Sequence record: OK040907
Reading direction: 5' to 3' (one strand)
Source: Enterobacteria phage Ac3
DNA length: 64,000 bases
The position numbers and the translations under genes are program-made. Below, one piece after another: positions 59,310 to 64,000 of this stretch. The notes under the pieces are model-generated. The model was not told the DNA's origin, ran no database searches, and saw only the letters and a list, made by a program, of their open reading frames with translations. The stretch's first letter is position 1. The number at the start of each line of letters is the position of its first letter.

Positions 59310-62300
59310 ATGGCTACTTTAAAACAAATACAATTTAAAAGAAGCAAAACCGCAGGAGCACGTCCTGCCGCTTCAGTATTAGCCGAAGGTGAATTGGCTA
59401 TAAACTTAAAAGACCGTGTACTTTTTACTAAAGATGACCAAGGAAATATTATTGATCTGGGTTTTGCTAAGGGCGGTAGTATTGACGGGAATGTTATTCA
59501 TATAGGAAACTATAACCAAACTGGTGATTATACTTTAAATGGCGCATTAACTCAGACAGGTAATTTTAATTTAACTGGTATTGCTCGAGTAACTCGCGAT
59601 ATTATTGCCGCTGGGCAGATTATGACTGAAGGCGGAGAACTTATTACAAAAAGTTCAGGTACAGCGCATGTTCGTTTTTTCGATGGCAATAGTCGCGAAC
59701 GCGGAATCATTTATGCCCCGGCTAATGATGGTTTAACTACACAAGTACTTAATATCAGGGTTCAAGACTATGCCGCTGGTAGCGAAACGACTTATCGATT
59801 TTCAGGCAGTGGCCTATTTACTTCACCTGAAGTATCAGCATGGAAATCTATTTCGTCTCCACAAATTCTGACCGATAAAGTTATTACAAATGGGAAGAAG
59901 ACAGGCGATTATGATATCTATTCATTATCAAATAACACTCCAATGGCAGAAGGCGAAACGGCTATTAACCACCTCCGTGTTATGCGAAATGCTGTAGGAG
60001 CAGGTATTTTCCACGAAGTTAATGTTAATGACGGAATAACCTGGTATTCCGGACATGGCTTAGACACTTATCTTTGGTCGTTTAACTGGGCCGGTGGATT
60101 GAAAGCTGGTCATTCTATTGCTGTGGCCTTCCTCACGGTTCTAAAATTATTCAGAAATGGGCACGGCTTCTATTGCTTTAGGAGAGTAGATGATACCGGA
60201 TTTAAATGGCATCAGGATGGATATTATTTCAGCGTTAATAATGGAACAAAAACATTTTTATTTAGTCCTAGTGAAACAACTAGCCTAAGAAAATTTGTAG
60301 CTGGATATTCTACTAACGGAACCGATTTAACGACTCCTCCAACTGAAAACTATGCTCTTGCTACTGTCGTGACATATCACGATAATAACGCGTTTGGAGA
60401 TGGTCAGACTCTTTTAGGATATTATCAAGGCGGTAATTATCATCACTATTTCCGCGGTAAAGGTACTACAAACATTAATACTCACGGCGGTTTGTTAGTT
60501 ATTACTCCCGGTAATGTAGATGTGGTCGGCGGCATGGTTACCATTGATGGTAAAAATTATGCTTCTAGTGTGCTTTTTAAAGGAAATACTACAGGATATA
60601 GTTCAGTTGATAATATAGAGCTCAAAGTTTGGGGTGACACTTTTAATACAGTAGGTGGTACTCGTAAAAACGTAATGGAAACATCTGATGCTACTGGCTG
60701 GATGCATTATATTCAACGAACTACAGCAGGTAAAGTTGAGTCCTATTTAAATGGTACCATGAATGTAAATGAAAGCATCAACGTCAGTAAAGAAGTTAAC
60801 GCCTCTGGCACTATTGCTAGTAATGCTGTCAATGCGCTTCGCATTTGGAATGCAGATTATGGAGCTATTTTTAGACGTTCAGAAGGAAGTCTTCATATTA
60901 TTCCAACTGCTTATGGTGAAGGCAAAAATGGTGATATCGGTCCACTTCGCCCGTTTAGTATGGCTTTAGATACCGGTAAAGTTACTATTCCAGATTTACA
61001 ATCAAGTTACAATACGTTCGCTGCGAACGGCTATATTAAATTTGTTGGTCATGGAGCGGGTGCCGGCGGTTATGACATTCAATATGCTCAAGCGGCTCCT
61101 ATTTTCCAGGAAATTGATGGATGCTGTAAGCAAATATTTATCCCTATTGTTAAACAGAAGTTTTTAAATGGTAAAGCCGTTTGGTCTTTAGGTACTGAAA
61201 TTAATTCTGGTACATTTGTTTTACATCATCTGAAAGAAGATGGACACAAGGTCATACATCAAGATTTAATGCTGACGGTACAGTTAATTTCCCTGATAAC
61301 GTTCAAGTCGGTGGTGGTGAAGCTACTATTGCTCGTAATGGTAATATTTTCTCGGATATTTGGAAACTGTTTACTTCTGCTGGAGACACTACAAATATTC
61401 GGTGATGCAATAGCTACTCGTGTTGCTAAAGAAGGTGATACGATGACCGGTAGGTTGACTTTATCAGCTGGAAATGATGCACTTGTTTTAACTGCAGGCG
61501 TGGGTGCTTCATCACACATCCGTAGTGATGTAGGTGGTATAGGTAACTGGTATATAGGCAAAGGCGGCGGCGACAATGGTCTAGGTTTTTACAGTTACAT
61601 TACACAAGGCGGTGTATACATAACAAATAACGGCGAAATAGCGCTTTCTCCTCAAGGTCAAGGAACATTTAATTTTAATAGGGATCGCCTTTATATAAAT
61701 GCTAGTCAATGGGTTGCACATAAATCTGGCGCTTGGGGTGACCAATGGGGCTTAGAAGCTCCTGTATTTGTGGATTTTGGTAGTGTCGGTAATGATAGTT
61801 ATTATCCTATTATTAAAGGAAAATCTGTTATTACGAATGAAGGATACATATCTGGCGTTGATTTTGGTATGCGTCGCATTACTAATACATGGGCACAAGG
61901 TATTATTCGTGTAGGTAACCAGGAAAACGGTTCTGACCCACAAGCTATCTATGAATTCCACCACAATGGAGTTATGTATGTTCCTAACATGGTTAAAACC
62001 GGAGCAAGATTATCGGCTGGCGGTGGTGACCCGGTGTGGACTGGACCATGTCTTGTTATTGGTGATAATGTATCCGGATTAGTTCATGGTGGTGATGGGC
62101 GAATTAACATGGTTGCAAATGGAGCGCATATTGCTTCGTGGTCTTCATCTTATCATTCTCATCCTGGCCTTTGGGATTCAAACGGTGCTTTGTGGACGGA
62201 AGTTGGCAAAGCAGTTATTTCTCATGGTCATTTAGTTCAGGCGAATGACAACTATTCAACATATGTCCGCGATGTTTATGTCCGCTCTGATATTCGTGTT

Positions 62301-62621
62301 AAAAAGAACCTCGTTAAATTTGAAAATGCTTCTGAGAAGCTTTCTAAAATTAACGGTTACACTTATATGCAGAAACGTGGAACAGATGAAGAAGGTAATC
62401 AGAAATGGGAACCTAACGCAGGTTTGATAGCTCAAGAAGTTCAAGATATTTTACCAGAATTCGTTGAAGGTGACCCGGATGGTGAAGCTTTACTTCGTTT
62501 GAACTATAACGGTGTAATTGGTTTAAATACAGCTGCAATCAATGAGCATACTGCAGAAATTGCAGAACTTAAGTCAGAGATTGAAGAGCTTAAAAAATTA
62601 GTTAAATCATTGTTAAAATAA
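59310..62621 (+). CDS. 37: Long tail fibre distal subunit with C-terminal intramolecular chaperone-like domain; internal out-of-frame segment
   Basis: 1103 aa; conserved N-terminus [13 protein letters not shown]; C-terminal coiled coil; about 52 codons at 61245-61401 read in a shifted frame. Confidence 0.88.
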   Translation: MATLKQIQFKRSKTAGARPAASVLAEGELAINLKDRVLFTKDDQGNIIDLGFAKGGSIDGNVIHIGNYNQTGDYTLNGALTQTGNFNLTGIARVTRDIIAAGQIMTEGGELITKSSGTAHVRFFDGNSRERGIIYAPANDGLTTQVLNIRVQDYAAGSETTYRFSGSGLFTSPEVSAWKSISSPQILTDKVITNGKKTGDYDIYSLSNNTPMAEGETAINHLRVMRNAVGAGIFHEVNVNDGITWYSGHGLDTYLWSFNWAGGLKAGHSIAVAFLTVLKLFRNGHGFYCFRRVDDTGFKWHQDGYYFSVNNGTKTFLFSPSETTSLRKFVAGYSTNGTDLTTPPTENYALATVVTYHDNNAFGDGQTLLGYYQGGNYHHYFRGKGTTNINTHGGLLVITPGNVDVVGGMVTIDGKNYASSVLFKGNTTGYSSVDNIELKVWGDTFNTVGGTRKNVMETSDATGWMHYIQRTTAGKVESYLNGTMNVNESINVSKEVNASGTIASNAVNALRIWNADYGAIFRRSEGSLHIIPTAYGEGKNGDIGPLRPFSMALDTGKVTIPDLQSSYNTFAANGYIKFVGHGAGAGGYDIQYAQAAPIFQEIDGCCKQIFIPIVKQKFLNGKAVWSLGTEINSGTFVLHHLKEDGHKVIHQDLMLTVQLISLITFKSVVVKLLLLVMVIFSRIFGNCLLLLETLQIFGDAIATRVAKEGDTMTGRLTLSAGNDALVLTAGVGASSHIRSDVGGIGNWYIGKGGGDNGLGFYSYITQGGVYITNNGEIALSPQGQGTFNFNRDRLYINASQWVAHKSGAWGDQWGLEAPVFVDFGSVGNDSYYPIIKGKSVITNEGYISGVDFGMRRITNTWAQGIIRVGNQENGSDPQAIYEFHHNGVMYVPNMVKTGARLSAGGGDPVWTGPCLVIGDNVSGLVHGGDGRINMVANGAHIASWSSSYHSHPGLWDSNGALWTEVGKAVISHGHLVQANDNYSTYVRDVYVRSDIRVKKNLVKFENASEKLSKINGYTYMQKRGTDEEGNQKWEPNAGLIAQEVQDILPEFVEGDPDGEALLRLNYNGVIGLNTAAINEHTAEIAELKSEIEELKKLVKSLLK

Positions 62622-62626
62622 TAAGA

Positions 62627-62640
62627 GGGGCTTCGGCCCC
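62627..62640 (+). terminator. Hairpin ggggcttcggcccc after gene 37
   Basis: Perfect GC stem with UUCG loop. Confidence 0.5.
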
Positions 62641-62652
62641 TTGGAGGTTTAT

Positions 62653-63426
62653 ATGGCAGTTGAAGGACCGTGGGTAGGATGGTCTGCGAGGGTACAGACT
62701 GGAGATCCTTGGATGGGTGGTGCCGCGCAGAGATTGAGAATGGGAATTCCGTTTTGGATGAGTAATATGATAGGTCGATCTGTTGAAATAATTCACACGC
62801 TTGGAGCAGACCATAACTTCAATGGTCAATGGTTCCGAGATAGATGTTTTGAGGCAGGTAGTACACCTATAGTGTTTAATATCACTGGAGATTTAGTATC
62901 ATATTCTAAAGATGTTCCTTTATTCTTCATGTACGGAGATACACCGAATGAATATGTTCAGTTGAATATACACGGCGTAGCGATGTATGGCCGTGGCGGT
63001 AATGGCGGTAGCAATAGTCCTGGTTCAGCTGGAGGTCATTGTATTCAAAACGATATTGGTGGGAGACTAAGAATTAATAATGGCGGAGCTATTGCAGGCG
63101 GTGGCGGCGGTGGCGGTGGCGGTAACAGGGGTCGACTAGTATTTGGTGGTGGCGGTGGTCGCCCATTCGGTAGTGGCGGGTCTTCCCTCTCTCACATGAG
63201 TGCTGGTGCAACCGCCGGCACCATTTACGCTCCGGGTGCAGGATCTGTCGGTGAGGGGTCTCTTAGTGCATATACAGGCGGGTCTGGTGGTGAAGTTGGC
63301 TCCGCAGGAGGTAGAAATACTCACGGTACCGGTACAGAATATGACGGCGGAGCTGCTGGTTATGCTGTTATAGGGTCGTCTCCAACGTGGATAAATGTTG
63401 GAGCAATATATGGTCCAAGAGTATAA
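62653..63426 (+). CDS. 38: T2-type receptor-recognising adhesin with glycine-rich motifs
   Basis: 257 aa from MAVEGPW with ggagg RBS; poly-Gly stretches; conserved [22 protein letters not shown]. Confidence 0.85.
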   Translation: MAVEGPWVGWSARVQTGDPWMGGAAQRLRMGIPFWMSNMIGRSVEIIHTLGADHNFNGQWFRDRCFEAGSTPIVFNITGDLVSYSKDVPLFFMYGDTPNEYVQLNIHGVAMYGRGGNGGSNSPGSAGGHCIQNDIGGRLRINNGGAIAGGGGGGGGGNRGRLVFGGGGGRPFGSGGSSLSHMSAGATAGTIYAPGAGSVGEGSLSAYTGGSGGEVGSAGGRNTHGTGTEYDGGAAGYAVIGSSPTWINVGAIYGPRV

Positions 63427-63445
63427 ATGGTAATACCTCTCAGCA

Positions 63446-63453
63446 TATAAATA
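63446..63453 (+). promoter_or_regulatory. Late promoter TATAAATA upstream of t
   Basis: Exact TATAAATA 18 nt upstream of ATG; RBS aaggagg. Confidence 0.6.
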
Positions 63454-63471
63454 TCCTTAAAAGGAGGGTCT

Positions 63472-64000
63472 ATGGCAGCACCTAGAATATCACTTTCGCC
63501 CTCTGATATTCTATTTGGTGTTCTAGATCGCTTGTTCAAAGATAACGCTACCGGGAAAGTTCTTGCTTCCCGGGTAGCTGTCGTAATTCTTTTGTTTATG
63601 ATGGCGATTGTTTGGTATAGGGGAGATAGTTTCTTTGAGTACTATAAGCAATCAAAGTATGAAACATACAGTGAAATTATTGAAAAGGAAAGAAATGCAC
63701 GCTTTGAATCTGTCGCCCTGGAACAACTCCAGATAGTTCACATATCATCTGAGGCAGACTTTAGTGCGGTGTATTCTTTCCGCCCTAAAAACTTAAACTA
63801 TTTTGTTGATATTATAGCATATGAAGGAAAATTACCTTCAACAATAAGTGAAAAATCACTTGGAGGATATCCTGTTGATAAAACTATGGATGAATATGCA
63901 GTTCATTTAAATGGACGTCATTATTATTCCAACTCAAAATTTGCTTTTTTACCAACTAAAAAGCCTACTCCCGAAATAAACTACATGTACAGTTGTCCAT
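63472..64000 (+). CDS. t: Holin, N-terminal part (3' end outside window)
   Basis: Open frame MAAPRISLSPSDILFGVLDRLFKDN... to window edge; single transmembrane segment VAVVILLFMMAIVWY; matches T4 holin. Confidence 0.85.
   Translation, partial: MAAPRISLSPSDILFGVLDRLFKDNATGKVLASRVAVVILLFMMAIVWYRGDSFFEYYKQSKYETYSEIIEKERNARFESVALEQLQIVHISSEADFSAVYSFRPKNLNYFVDIIAYEGKLPSTISEKSLGGYPVDKTMDEYAVHLNGRHYYSNSKFAFLPTKKPTPEINYMYSCP

Noticed and set aside
60100-60240. Possible additional frame disturbance in gene 37 ([23 protein letters not shown])
   Set aside because: Both alternative frames hit stop codons within a few codons, so a simple compensating indel pair is not supported; left as in-frame.
63060-63200. 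Runs of ggcggtggc that could be mistaken for a simple repeat or CRISPR-like array
   Set aside because: They are codons for the glycine-rich motifs of the gp38 adhesin; no spacer-repeat periodicity.

Overview
This window is a contiguous segment of a T4-like (Tevenvirinae) myovirus genome, not T4 itself: td and nrdB are uninterrupted by introns, no seg or I-Tev homing endonuclease genes are present, and gp38 is a T2-type glycine-rich adhesin. Plus-strand late structural blocks run 16 (3' end), 17, 18, 19, 20, 67, 68, 21, 22, 23, 24, then uvsW, the baseplate hub genes 51, 27, 28, 29, 48, 54, and the long tail fibre genes 34, 35, 36, 37, 38 plus the start of holin t. Minus-strand early/middle blocks carry rnlB, hoc, inh, uvsY, 25, 26, two tandem Alt ADP-ribosyltransferase paralogs, DNA ligase 30 with its small-ORF array, rIII, 31, cd, pseT, a spanin pair, alc, rnlA, denA, nrdB, nrdA, td, frd, 32, 59, 33, dsbA and rnh. 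TATAAATA late promoters, GTTTAC-type early promoters and GC-stem hairpin terminators sit where expected. No tRNA, CRISPR array, integrase or transposase was found. The most unusual signals are (1) five minus-strand ORFs, including gene 32, with GC3-rich E. coli-like codon usage set in the AT-rich backbone, one of which abuts a start-less 93-codon ORF; (2) a roughly 157 nt segment of gene 37 that reads out of frame between two compensating single-base indels; (3) an exact 54-bp promoter-leader repeat 15 kb apart; (4) an extra ORF between frd and td; and (5) a 240 nt GC-richer noncoding gap downstream of rIII. All product calls rest on recalled similarity to T4 proteins and on sequence motifs; no database search was run.
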